In this document: piece by piece, positions 1-12,724 of the stretch
Layout of the letters: the number at the start of each line of letters is the position of its first letter
Position numbering within the stretch: the stretch's first letter is position 1
NCBI GenBank assembly: GCA_964016885.1
Contig: OZ024764.1
Location: 16,182,001-16,246,000, forward strand
Reading direction: 5' to 3'
DNA from: Eledone cirrhosa
Taxonomy: Eukaryota
Length of the DNA: 64,000 nucleotides
Notes under the pieces: generated by a model
The model's database searches: none
What the model was told of the DNA's origin: nothing
Seen by the model: the letters and a program-made list of their open reading frames with translations, nothing else
Made by a program: the position numbers and the translations under genes

Positions 1-302
1 TACGGTTCTTATATATTTGATATATATTTATCTTTATCAAGCCCTCTTTGTATTTTAGTCTTCATATTTATTATTATTACTGTACACAAAAGACACACAT
101 CCTCTGCTCGTGTGTCCAGCAGACATATAAGTTCCTGAAAGGGTCGCCCAGGCGTCGTGTTTACTGGAGTAAAGTGCTATCCATGTGTCAATTAGCGAAA
201 TCAGGATTCACACATCCCCCACGGTATTGAGGTCGTAACATCAGTCTCTATATTAATGTTATTATATATATACACATATATTATAATATATAATAGACAT
301 AT

Positions 303-490
303 GGCGGTGGATTGGCAGTATCGGTAGAGGGTCGGACGCCATGCTTTCCAGCATAGTTACGTCCCTTTACGATCTGAGTTCAAATCCCGCCGAGGTTAAC
401 TTTGCCTTTCATCCTTACGGGGTCGATAAAATAAAGTACCAGTAATGCACTAAGTAATTGCTGGCCTTGTGCCTAAAGTAGAAACAATTA
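303..490 (+). mobile_element. tRNA-derived SINE; related copies near 8415-8490, 28070-28395, 29240-29350, 40130-40300(-), 52200-52330(-)
   Basis: A-box-like tggcagtatcggt, B-box gagttcaaatcc, shared body ttgcctttcatccttacggggtcgataaaataaagtaccag seen repeatedly. Confidence 0.8.
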
Positions 491-497
491 TATATAT

Positions 498-536
<39 letters not shown>

Positions 537-539
<3 letters not shown>

Positions 540-662
540 GTAGAACACTGGAAGGTAATATCCTTAGTGGTAGAGCACTCAGTCCATGGGACGAGTTAGG
601 TAGAAGTGGTTACACAACAGTTAGTTCACCAGGGTGAACTAACTGTTGTGTAACCACTTCTA
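537..662. mobile_element. (TA)n-flanked hairpin-plus-tail element
   Basis: perfect 30-bp arms 601-630/633-662, one-sided tail 537-600, TA tracts on both sides. Confidence 0.7.
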
Positions 663-1029
663 TATATATATAATAATAATAATAATTCAACGGCAAGATA
701 TTGTCAAGACAAATGTATCGACAATGGTTGGTTTAAATAACACATAAGATCAAGATGGTGTAGGACAGAATAAAGGAGAGACATAAAATAAGAAATCAGT
801 TGCTGAGGAGGTCACTGAATGTGTGACAAAACAGCTTTGTTAATATATAAACAACCATCTGGTTATTGAACCAACCAACTGGAAACTGATGATAAACAGG
901 TGCATGTGTTTTTATTGGCAGCATGACCCTCCCAAAGTATAACTATATATGTATATTGGGGGAGATAGTCACATATTGGATTTATATATATATATGTATA
1001 TTGGGGGAGATGGTCACATTGGATTTCAA

Positions 1030-1060
<31 letters not shown>

Positions 1061-1282
1061 AGAGAGAGAGAGACAGGGAGATTGTGGTCACCCGGTCGGA
1101 CTTCATTCATAATGTGACAACCCAGCTAACCTATAGGCATGTGTGGAAAAATAGACATCAAACAATGATAACGACATGGATATATATATATATATACATC
1201 ATTACCATATTTCTAATGAAAGACACATCATCATCATCATCATCATCGACGTAAAACGGTGATGATGATGATGATGATGATG

Positions 1283-1840
1283 TGTCTTTCATTAGAAATA
1301 TGGTAATGAAAGGGTTAATGACATAGACAGTGTCTTTCATTAGAAATATGGTAATGAACGGGTTAATGACATAGACAGTGTCTTTCATTAGAAATATGGT
1401 AATGAAAGGGTTAATGACATAGACAGTGTCTTTCATTAGAAATATGGTAATGAAAGGGTTAATGACATAGACAGTGTCTTTCATTGGAAATATGGTAATG
1501 AAAGGGTTAATGACATAGGCAGTGTCTTTCATTAGATATATGGTAATGAAAGGATTAATGACATAGACAGTGTCTTTCATTGGAAATATGGTAATGAAAG
1601 GGTTAATGACATAGACTGTGTCTTTCATTAGAAATATGGTAATGAAAGGGTTAATGACATAGACTGTGTCTTTCATTGGAAATATGGTAATGAAAGCGCC
1701 AATGACATGGGGTGTTTTTGTCTGGTAATGAAACGATTAATGACATAGACTGTGTCTTTCGTTAGAAATATGGTAATGAAAGGGGTTAATAACATGGGCT
1801 GTGTGTTTCATGAGAAATATGATAATAAAAAGGGTTAATG
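1283..1840. repeat. 48-bp minisatellite, about 11 copies
   Basis: unit aaatatggtaatgaaagggttaatgacatagacagtgtctttcattag; 16-aa periodic ORF. Confidence 0.95.
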
Positions 1841-1910
1841 ACAACCCCACAACCCCCAACCACCCTAACTATGAAAACTTGATATAAGCAATTTGTTTTT
1901 TTCATTGCAG

Positions 1911-1962
1911 AGTTTCATCTGTGACATGCTTAGCTCATGCCAGCAAAACACATATAGCGAAG
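1911..1962 (+). other. candidate cassette (poison) exon in an RBM39 5' intron
   Basis: CTAAC at 1865, T-rich tract plus tgcag, aag|gtatga donor; 52 nt, frame-disrupting. Confidence 0.4.
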
Positions 1963-2538
1963 GTATGACACAACTGTAAGCCGCTCACACTACATCACCC
2001 CCTGGCTCACTGGAACATCACTTGTTGTTGTTGTTGTACTTTAAACATATATGTATTGCAGTTGTTTTTTTTTTTTTTCAATTATTTTCACCTCTGTCCA
2101 TCTCCTCTTTCTCATCATCATCATCATCATCATCAGCGTCATGATCATCGACTTTTGTAGCGATCGCCAGTGTTGATTGAATCATCTCAGCCCTGTGGTG
2201 TGTGTATAAATACATACACTCGTATACATAGATACATACACACACACACACATATATATATACATACATACACACACACACACACACATGTATATACATG
2301 TGTGTATAAATATACACATATATATATATATATATATACACATACACACACACACATGCATATGTGTGTATATGTTTATTCATTTTCTTACAACATAGCT
2401 AGAATGTTTCAGCAAAGCGAGTGTTTGCTGATTGAAATATTGTGGTTGTGTTGTAAAAAAAATGAATAAATCAACTTATTTCTTACCACTACACACATAT
2501 ACATACATATGTGTGTATGCATATGTATATATACATAA

Positions 2539-2566
<28 letters not shown>

Positions 2567-2569
<3 letters not shown>

Positions 2570-2957
2570 ATAATACAAGGATGATTTGTTAAGCCTTTAT
2601 TACGTTTATTGATTGGTGACGTGTGTTTCGTTATTGATCAGCTCAAGGTTTGATCTGTATCAATCTAGCCTGACTCTGGAATCAAAAGCTCACCGGACCT
2701 CTGCTGTCATTACAACTGCAGGGGTCTGACGAGCTTTTGATTCCAGAGTCAGGCTAGATCGATACAGATCAAACCTTGAGCTGATCAATAACGAAACACA
2801 CATCACCAATCAATAAACGTAATGAAGACATAACAAATCATCCTTGTATTATTATATTATACACTCTGTCTAGCTCTACACCTCACCACTGACGTGAACC
2901 TAAACATTGAGTGCTCACCTGGGTGAAGCTACAGTAACTTCACGTTACACTACCTGG
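2567..2957 (+). mobile_element. Penelope-like hairpin-plus-tail element with hammerhead-like core
   Basis: arms of about 135 bp at 2567-2704/2716-2855, tail to 2957, TA flanks; CTGACGA 2726, GAAAC 2793. Confidence 0.7.
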
Positions 2958-3328
2958 ATATATATATATATACACAGAGGTATCCACAGTAAGTTGTGGG
3001 GTCTATTCTGCATGAAGAACTCGATGTTTGTTTAACTTATATATATGTATAAATGATATAAATATTCCAGTAGGTACTAAGTACACATGTAAATATACAT
3101 GGTGTCTATAACAGTTGTTCAATGGTACTAATTTGAGATACCAGAACTATAAAAATGAGTGGAACAAGCAATTTCTAATGGAAAGAATCAGCTCTTCAGA
3201 CAGCTATTTCCATATCACAGAGCATAAAGCCTCGTAGTTATGTGTGGGTCACAGCCTGACCTCATGCATCGGGCAGAAAGCGATATATTTACTAACTACG
3301 AGGCTTTATGCCCTGTGGCATGGAAATA

Positions 3329-3386
3329 GCTATCTGAAGAGCTGATACTTTCCATTCTTTTGATAAGCGAAACCGTCAGTCACAGC
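3329..3386 (+). ncRNA. type I hammerhead ribozyme motif in an inverted-repeat element (arms 3177-3240/3293-3356)
   Basis: gct(a/g)t-CTGAAGA-gct...agc-GAAA-c(cgtca)g-TC-acagc; the other arm restores a perfect 5-bp stem I. Confidence 0.65.
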
Positions 3387-3459
3387 ACTAGAACAGGTGA
3401 ATATTTAAATCGCATTTTAATTTATTTAAAAGATTGTTTAATGTGTGCTTGTTTTGCTC

Positions 3460-3516
<57 letters not shown>

Positions 3517-3534
3517 CTGTATATTTATATATAT

Positions 3535-3732
3535 ATAACGAAGGAAATGTGGTAAGGAACCAGAAGGACCATAACGCACCAAAGTACTCAATACTTAGGG
3601 TAGTAGAGTGGGTAATAGGAACAAGTATGACCCCGACTGCAGAGCTCAAGCCGTTTCGACGGCTAATTCTGGACAGAATTAGCCGTCGAAACGGCTTGAG
3701 CTCTGCCGTCGGGGTCATACTTGTTCCTATAT
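3535..3732 (-). mobile_element. (TA)n-targeted hairpin-plus-tail element family; other copies 35915-36060, 37989-38088, 46277-46470, 53360-53397
   Basis: shared tail attacccactctactacc...ccttaccacatttccttcgtta(TA)n and hairpin of about 55-bp arms. Confidence 0.8.
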
Positions 3733-5199
3733 ATGTATGTACGTATGGATTTACCGAACATTTATTATAATGCTCGGTTTGTTTGTAAACAAACATCCCG
3801 AATTAAGCCGTACAGTGTTTAGCAACCATCAACACGACCACTTTACAGTGTGGACTGGGTACTTTTTGTTGTATCACCAGCACGACCACTTTATAGTGGT
3901 CTAGGGATGGACAGTGTTAAGGTATGAGTGGGAGGTGAAGGTGCATACTAGACATTTCAACTTGTGTATGGGGGACGGTGGATCTGCTGTATCACTGCGG
4001 AACCCCAGAGATCTTGATCCTGTGTCATCGCTTTTGAGAGGTGCAATTGGGCAAAGGCAGCTTTTATCACCTCAACCCAAGTTTTCCTCCTCCATAGCTT
4101 TCCATCAACTTTGATCACCCTGCACCTTTTTATGCTGAGAAGACCCAGTAGGTAGGAACTGTATATAATGTACTCAGTGATAGGTGTGGGTATTCAAGAT
4201 GTGGGGTTGCAAGTAGGCTAACAGAAAGGATAGACTTAGTATGTGGCAGATGTATGTGGTATATTTGGTAATAAGAGCATCAATGAAATGGCCCTTTTAC
4301 AATCTCTGGATATATCCCTACTATTGGTTGATAGCTTCTGCTACTCTCGGGCCTCAAATAATCACCCCACATTCTCATTTTTTTAAAAAATTTTTCAAGA
4401 TTTTTTACCATATGTTTCTATGTCCATGCGCATGATATAAATATATTTTCCTCACAATATATGTATGTGTTTATCACACAAAATTCTATATAGACTCTAG
4501 ACTATTTCCATGTCGATACCGGTGAAGTGAATGTCACTGGTGAAAGATTAAAAATCTTGAAACAGCACTGTCTGGCATTCTTGACCACATTGACAAACTC
4601 TGATATATTCACAGAGAAAAATGATTTGTTCGTTATGAAAACATAATTTACTTTGATATTCATATGTTAATTGTATATAAACATATAGCATATGAATTCA
4701 TATACAAATGATAAAACTCATCGCTAAAACAGCGGTTAAAACAGCTAAATGCTGTCAAAGACAGAGATGAGCAAAAATGCTTTAGAGGACAGAGACCAGT
4801 GGTCAATAGAGAGACAAGCCACAAGGTGGGTGACAGGTAGATGATATATAGAAAAGATAGAAAGCTGAGGGGGTCAAGGAGAAGTGTGTTGGTACATAGA
4901 GGTGACTGGAAGAAGAAAATAAAGAAAGGTGATGTACAAGACAAGTTTAGACATCTTCACTCTCATCAGATCTCAAACCAGCAAAATGGTTTCGCACGAT
5001 TTAATTGAGAGTACCATTTTAAAATGCTGGATTGTAGAACAGAAAAATAATTATTATCTTTCTGTTGACCACTGGCCGCTGGTCCCTGCCCTCTGAGGTA
5101 TTTTTGCCTATCACTGTGACACAGGAAGGACACCAGGTGTAACGCAGTTACATTGAGAATAACTCTGACACCCAATGTAACATTGTGGCACTGTGCTAT

Positions 5200-5830
5200 G
5201 TACACTTAACGTCTAGCCTCTCTTTTAACGGCTGAGTTCTGGTCTCTACTCTCTCCATTTTTCCAATCCTTCCATGCTTTTGTCTTTAATGGCTTTATCT
5301 ACCATGCTGTTCCACCACCAAGTCACCCTCTATCTGGTTGGAGCTAAGCTCCAACCACAAGTCTCTTCAGTTGCATGCAGTAAGTTGTCGTGTAAGAACT
5401 TCCTGTCATCTTCTATATCATATAATTCTAATTTCTCTTCCCTCTCATCATACACATCCTGTAAGGCTTTGCTAAACCTACATTTAAGTGAAAGGTCCTT
5501 TAGCTTCCATATCTTCTTGTGTGTCACATTCTGTCCCTTGCTTATTGAGATGTCACTAACGACTTATCTATGTTGAGGGGTACATTGCACCCGAGGGTAT
5601 GCCTTAGTATTTAACACAATCTGTCTGGCTTGTGTGCTCACATGATTGGTGATTAGGTGATTGGCAGGTTTTCTGAAGTTCACTTGCATCACAAAATTCA
5701 AGAAGCCTCATTCCTTGTTTGTTTCTTGAAATATAACCATGACCACCATGTACCCCATGTATCCATCCTGACCATTGAAGTCACCTGCTAGTATGACTAG
5801 GTCTCTGTCCTCTGTCATTGTGGTTGTCTT
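5200..5830 (-). mobile_element. decayed RTE-type LINE fragment (endonuclease/linker region)
   Basis: minus strand reads ILAGDFNGQ-like, KIWKLKD and WWNS motifs with stops and frameshifts. Confidence 0.65.
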
Positions 5831-5904
5831 GCCTCAAGTGGGACAATTCCTGTCTAACCCATGCTAGCGTGGAAGATGGACGTTAAACGATGATGATGAT
5901 GATG

Positions 5905-6405
5905 ATAATATATATATGTAATATATATATATATATATATAATGTATATATAATATATATATAATGTATATATAATATATAATATATAATATATATATAA
6001 TATAATATATATATAATGTATATATAATATATAATATATATATAATATATATATAATATATAATATATATATAATATATATATAATATATAATATATATA
6101 TAATATAATATATATATATATAATATAATATATATATAATATAATATATATATAATGTATATATAATGTATATATAATATAATATAATATATATATAATA
6201 TATATATAATATATATATAATATATAATATATATATAATATATATATAATATATAACATATATATAATATATAATATATATATAATATAATATATATATA
6301 TATAATATAATATATATATAATATAATATATATATAATGTATATATAATGTATATATAATATATATATAATATAATATAATATATATATAATATAATATA
6401 TATTA
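5905..6405. repeat. AT-only low-complexity tract
   Basis: (TA)n/TATAA mosaic. Confidence 0.95.
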
Positions 6406-6778
6406 TGCCTGTATCTTGATTCCAAGAATTTCCACCCTCTGATCCCCCTCTCTCACACACATGGGTGGCACAAACATGACTTTATCCCTGCCAAGGATTT
6501 ACATTCCTCTCTGCATATGCTGCAATGATGAACATTACTACCACTTAGGTTCCCTGTTTTGTTTTGTCTTGGTGAGTTTCCAAATGACGTTGAGGTCCAC
6601 CGACCAAGAGACACTGTTCTCCACACTTGCGACAGGAAGTGATACCAAAGTGGCTCTAACCAGTAGCATATTGTACAAGACTTCTAACACCAACTTTATT
6701 GAGGCATATCTGGCCACATTCAATGAACTTTGCCATTTTGAGCACCTGAAAATCTAGGTAAAGTAATATTGTGTAGAC

Positions 6779-7071
6779 CAGTGATTCTCAACGTGGGGTG
6801 CATGCACCACAGGGGAGCAATTTGAAAATGATGTTAATGAGAGCAAACTTCAGGTTTTACCTTATTACTTTTATACCAAGGCAACTCTGAAACAAATTAC
6901 TGTTGGAAACTCCTGTCTCACCTCCTCCTCCACATGTTATTGTACATCTGGCATCACACATAAGCCAATATGTTTACACTTTGTAGTTGATCGTCGCTGT
7001 TTTTATATCAAAATGGGGCATGTTTGAGATGTTGAGTTGGGGCATGGGGCACAAAAGGTCAGGGACTACTG
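6779..7071. mobile_element. hAT-type MITE
   Basis: ends cagtgattctcaac...agggactactg resemble hAT/Charlie TIRs; 5' end similar to 46592. Confidence 0.5.
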
Positions 7072-7229
7072 GTGTAGCCCCTTACGCAAAACCCCTCTTT
7101 AATTTATGCTCCACGCAAGATTTTTCAAATTCCTATTTTTCGTTATACACAGTTTTTTCTTCCAAGATGATCAATCTAAGGCAATGTTCTCCCAGTTAAC
7201 TTCTCTGATACACACACATGCTTGTGTGA

Positions 7230-7812
7230 TGTGTGGTGTAACAGTTAGTTTCTGGTTAGAATCTGAAAGTGTAGTTGTGTGGTGTAGTGTAACAATTTGT
7301 TCCTGGTTAGAGTTTTAAAGTGTAGTTTTGTGGTGTAGTGATGCAGTGTAACAATTAGTTTCTGGTGAGAGTTTTAAGGTGTAGTTTTGTGGTGTAGTGA
7401 TGCAGTGTAACAATTAGTTTCTGGTGAGAGTTTTAAAGTGTAGTTTTGTGGTGTAGTGTAACAATTAGTTTCTGGTGAGAGTTTTAAAGTGTAGTTTTGT
7501 GGTGTAGTGTAACAATTAGTTCCTGGTTAGAGTTTTAAAGTGTAGTTGTGTGGTGTAGTGTAACAATTTGTTCTTGGTTAGAGTTTTAAAGTGTAGTTTT
7601 GTGGTGTAGTGATGTAGTGTAACAATTAGTTTCTGGTGAGAGTTTTAAAGTGTAGTTTTGTGATGTAGTGATGTAGTGTAACAATTAGTTTCTGGTGAGA
7701 GTTTTAAAGTGTAGTTTTGTGATGTAGTGTAACAATTAGTTCCTGGTTAGAATTTTAAAGTGTAGTTTTGTGGTGTAGTGTAACAATTAGTTCCTGGTGA
7801 GAATTTTAAAGT
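7230..7812. repeat. 50/60-bp minisatellite
   Basis: repeated gtgtaacaattagtttctggtgagagttttaaagtgtagttttgtggtgta. Confidence 0.92.
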
Positions 7813-8545
7813 TTACAACTTAAACTTTTGCAATCAAATACTAAATATTTACTGTGATTACAGTCTGCTCTGGTTAATGAACTTGAAAGATATGTAACCT
7901 AATAATACATTAAAACATAATAATGGGGTAAGGGGCTGGGGTGGGGATGACCCCACCCCCCTCTCCGTTCTCTATCTACACTCTACAAACTCCCTTGACC
8001 AGCAAATGTTGATCTGTCACCTGTGAAAAACTAGGGACAATTTTTACTCGAGCCTTATAATCGGCTTGATGGGGGAAAGTGGTAGGAGAGGGGTACCTTT
8101 ATATGAAAGCAAGTTTTATTTGAGTATTTTACCCATTCCAACACATGTGCCATGGCCATGCTGGGGCAGTGCCATAAGTATTATTACGGTAATAAATTCT
8201 TATTAAAAGACAACCTCATCTTACAGAATTTTTTTGAACTTTTTTGGTGTGCCTTGGGACCCGTCTATGTGTGTGTACATAATCTGTTGTGTGTGTGTCT
8301 ACACATTATAATCTAATGTGTGACTACTGGTATTACTACTGCTGTTACTACTACTACTACTACTACTACTACCACTACTGCTGCTATTTATCATCATTAT
8401 TACCATCATCATCATACGGGGGTCGATAAAATAAAGTACCAGTAATGTACTGGGCAATTGCTGGCCTTGTGCCAAAAGTAGAAACAATTATTACCATCAT
8501 CATCATCATCATAGACTCAAAGTTGTTGTTGTTTTAATATTCCAG

Positions 8546-8602
8546 GAAAAAAAGTCGCAGTCGAGAACGTAGCCGCAGTCGCGACCACACTGACCGCAGA
8601 CG
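8546..8602 (+). CDS. RBM39: RBM39 coding exon (RS-rich N-terminal region), first confidently seen exon
   Basis: ttccag acceptor and cg|gtaggt donor; 57 nt reading KKSRSRERSRSRDHTDRR; its phase-2 end matches the next RS exon at 20371. Confidence 0.8.
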
Positions 8603-8669
8603 GTAGGTGGATGTTTCTTTTAGTACACCCTCATCTCTCTCTCTCTCATCTCTCTCTCTCTCTCTCTCT

Positions 8670-11335
8670 TTCCTCAGACATTCTAACCACATGTCTGTAG
8701 TATCAGAGCTGTGATCTCTCAATCCAGAGATTCTTTCCTCAGACATTCTAACCACATGTCTGTAGTATCAGAGCTGTGATCTCTCAATCCAGAGATTCTT
8801 TCCTGAGACATTCTAACCACATGTCTGTAGTATCAGAGCTGTGGTCTCTCAATTCAGAGATTCTTTCCTCAGACATTCTAACCACATGTCTGTAGTATCA
8901 GAGCTGTGATCTCTCAATCCAGAGATTCTTTCCTCAGACATTCTAACCACATGTCTGTAGTATCAGAGCTGTGATCTCTCAATCCAGAGATTCTTTCCTG
9001 AGACATTCTAACCACATGTCTGTAGTATCAGAGCTGTGATCTCTCAACCCAGAGATTCTTACCTGAGATATTCTAACCACATGTCTGTAGTATCAGAGCT
9101 GTGGTCTCTCAATTCAGAGATTCTTTCCTCAGACATTCTAACCACATGTCTGTAGTATCAGAGCTGTGATCTCTCAATCCAGAGATTCTTTCCTGAGACA
9201 TTCTAACCACATGTCTGTAGTATCAGAGCTGTGGTCTCTCAATTCATAGATTCTTTCCTGAGACATTCTAACCACATGTCTGTAGTATCAGAGCTGTGAT
9301 CTCTCAATTCAGAGGTTCTTTCCTCAGACATTCTAACCACATGTCTGTAGTATCAGAGCTGTGATCTCTCAATTCAGAGATTCTTTCCTCAGACATTCTA
9401 ACCACATGTCTGTAGTATCAGAGCTGTGGTCTCTCAATTCAGAGATTCTTTCCTGAGACATTCTAACCACATGTCTGTAGTATCAGAGCTGTGATCTCTC
9501 AATTCAGAGATTCTTTCCTCAGACATTCTAACCACATGTCTGTAGTATCAGAGCTGTGATCTCTCCATTCAGAGATTCTTTCCTCAGACATTCTAACCAC
9601 ATGTCTGTAGTATCAGAGCTGTGGTCTCTCAATTCAGAGATTCTTTCCTGAGACATTCTAACCACATGTCTGTAGTATCAGAGCTGTGATCTCTCAATTC
9701 AGAGATTCTTTCCTCAGACATTCTAACCACATGTCTGTAGTATCAGAGCTGTGATCTCTCAATTCAGAGATTCTTTCCTCAGACATTCTAACCACATGTC
9801 TGTAGTATCAGAGCTGTGGTCTCTCAATTCAGAGATTCTTTCCTCAGACATTCTAACCACATGTCTGTAGTATCAGAGCTGTGATCTCTCAATTCAGAGA
9901 TTCTTTCCTCAGACATTCATTCTAACCACATGTCTGTAGTATCAGAGCTGTGGTCTCTCAATTCAGAGATTCTTTCCTGAGACATTCTAACCACATGTCT
10001 GTAGTATCAGAGCTGTGATCTCTCAATCCAGAGATTCTTTCCTCAGACATTCTAACCACATGTCTGTAGTATCAGAGCTGTGGTCTCTCAATTCAGAGAT
10101 TCTTTCCTCAGACATTCTAACCACATGTCTGTAGTATCAGAGCTGTGATCTCTCAATTCAGAGATTCTTTCCTCAGACATTCTAACCACATGTCTGTAGT
10201 ATCAGAGCTGTGATCTCTCAATCCAGAGATTCTTTCCTGAGACATTCTAACCACATGTCTGTAGTATCAGAGCTGTGATCTCTCAATTCAGAGATTCTTT
10301 CCTCAGACATTCTAACCACATGTCTGTAGTATCAGAGCTGTGATCTCTCAATCCAGAGATTCTTTCCTCAGACATTCTAACCACATGTCTGTAGTATCAG
10401 AGCTGTGATCTCTCAATCCAGAGATTCTTTCCTCAGACATTCTAACCACATGTCTGTAGTATCAGAGCTGTGATCTCTCAATCCAGAGATTCTTTCCTCA
10501 GACATTCTAACCACATGTCTGTAGTATCAGAATCAGAGCTGTGATCTCTCAATCCAGAGATTCTTTCCTCAGACATTCTAACCACATGTCTGTAGTATCA
10601 GAGCTGTGATCTCTCATTTCAGAGATTCTTTCCTCAGACATTCTAACCACAAGTCTGTAGTATCAGAGCTGTGATCTCTCAATCCAGAGATTCTTTCCTC
10701 AGACATTCTAACCACATGTCTGTAGTATCAGAGCTGTGATCTCTCAATTCAGAGATTTTCTTGAGACATTCTAACCACATGTCTGTAGTATCAGAGCTGT
10801 GATCTCTCAATTTAGAGATTCTTTCCTCAGACATTCTAACCACATGTCTGTAGTATCAGAGCTGTGATCTCTCAACCCAGAGATTCTTTCCTCAGACATT
10901 CTAACCACATGTCTGTAGTATCAGAGCTGTGATCTCTCAACCCAGAGATTCTTTCCTCAGACATTCTAACCACATGTCTGTAGTATCAGAGCTGTGATCT
11001 CTCAACCCAGAGATTCTTTCCTCAGACATTCTAACCACATGTCTGTAGTATCAGAGCTGTGATCTCTCAATTCAGAGATTCTTTCCTCAGACATTCTAAC
11101 CACATGTCTGTAGTATCAGAGCTGTGATCTCTCAATCCAGAGATTCTTTCCTCAGACATTCTAACCACATGTCTGTAGTATCAGAGCTGTGATCTCTCAA
11201 TCCAGAGATTCTTACCTGAGACATTCTAACCACATGTCTGTAGTATCAGAGCTGTGATCTCTCAATCCAGAGATTCTTTCCTCAGACATTCTAACCACAT
11301 GTCTGTAGTATCAGAGCTGTGATCTCTCAATTTGG
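8670..11335. repeat. 65-bp intronic satellite, about 41 copies
   Basis: unit cattctaaccacatgtctgtagtatcagagctgtgatctctcaatccagagattctttcctcaga. Confidence 0.97.
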
Positions 11336-11763
11336 AGATTCTCTGATCTCCTAGCTACACATTTTATCAAGCAACATTAGTCCAAAGACCCTTCAGAGGA
11401 ACCCCATTTCGACTGCTTTTATTCGGGATTGTATTCTTTCAGTGTAGACTGGGAAACTTTTTACCGTGTCACCTACATGACCACTTTGCAGGGTCTTTTT
11501 GTCCACTTGACTTGGTGCTGTTTGTCGTGTCACCTACACCAGGCGTGTTAAACATGCGCCCTTTAGAAGCACATCTACGGCCCCCACAAAGGTTTTTACA
11601 GCGCGAGCATGTTTTATCTTCATAAAATTAGTTGTTGTGTGTGGCCCTCAACAAATGTGGCCCATGTGGCCCTCGGGGTACCCTCAGTTAGACGTGTGTG
11701 ACTTACACGACCACTTTACAGTGTATGTGTGTATAAAATATAAACAGATTGTATGTATATGTT

Positions 11764-11805
<42 letters not shown>

Positions 11806-11809
11806 TATA

Positions 11810-12235
11810 TAAAGAATGAATAATAACAGGTAGACATAAAAAGATAATTTATTCTGTGTGCTTACAAATGTTTCCACGGTGGTTACACACCCTAATTATG
11901 CTATATGCAAATTTATAACTATTTACAAAACTCAATTATCAAATGCTGTGACCACTGTTTCCTCAGAGCAGAATTTGCACATAGCATAACTAGGCTGTAT
12001 AACCACCGTGGAAACAGTTGTAAGCACACAGAATAAATTACCTTTTTATGATGTCTACCTGTTATTATTCATTCTTTATCTACACTCCGGAATACAGAAG
12101 GATCAGGAACTGAGTTTCTTCAACTATTCTTCCAAAACTCGTTGAGTAACCCCTCACCGTACGTCAACCCTATCCAGTGTAGTAATTAACCATTACTGCA
12201 TTCAGGATAATCCTAAGCATTTCTTGCATAACCTA
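11810..12235. mobile_element. Penelope-like hairpin-plus-tail element; hammerhead motif on minus strand 11859-11970
   Basis: arms about 11810-11912/11973-12078, tail to 12235, TA flanks; minus strand tgct-CTGAGGA-long stem II-GAAA-catttg-TA-agca. Confidence 0.7.
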
Positions 12236-12672
12236 ATATAAATATATATGTATTTATATATAGTTACGTGTGTATATTTTTAGGAATCACTACAGAAAAT
12301 ACAACCATCCAAATAAGCTTGTCAGCACCTCTGATAAAATCTCGCAGGCACGGCAGTATGGTGATTCCAACAAATATAACAAGTATGTATATATATATCT
12401 CATTCTTTCTTCTGATGAAGGACCAGCGTCTGAAATCTTAAGACTCTTTTCCTACTTTATCAAGCGTAAAACTAATAACATGTTTCTTCATTGTGCTGTG
12501 TTGTTTGCTTTGTTATTTCTGTTTGCCTTTTACATACTCACACACACACGCACGCACACACACACACACACATGTTTATGTTTATATTTATATATATATA
12601 TATATCGCCAGAAGCCAAAGTCAGTTCCTGTCCCACCCTTGCAAGTAGGGAAAAGCGGACGTAAAATGATGA

Positions 12673-12723
<51 letters not shown>

Positions 12724-12724
12724 A

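Noticed and set aside
7167-7180. 14-nt microexon with a GC donor that would be phase-compatible with exon 8546
   Set aside because: AAG acceptor and weak GC donor; no recognisable RBM39 homology; cannot be supported without transcripts
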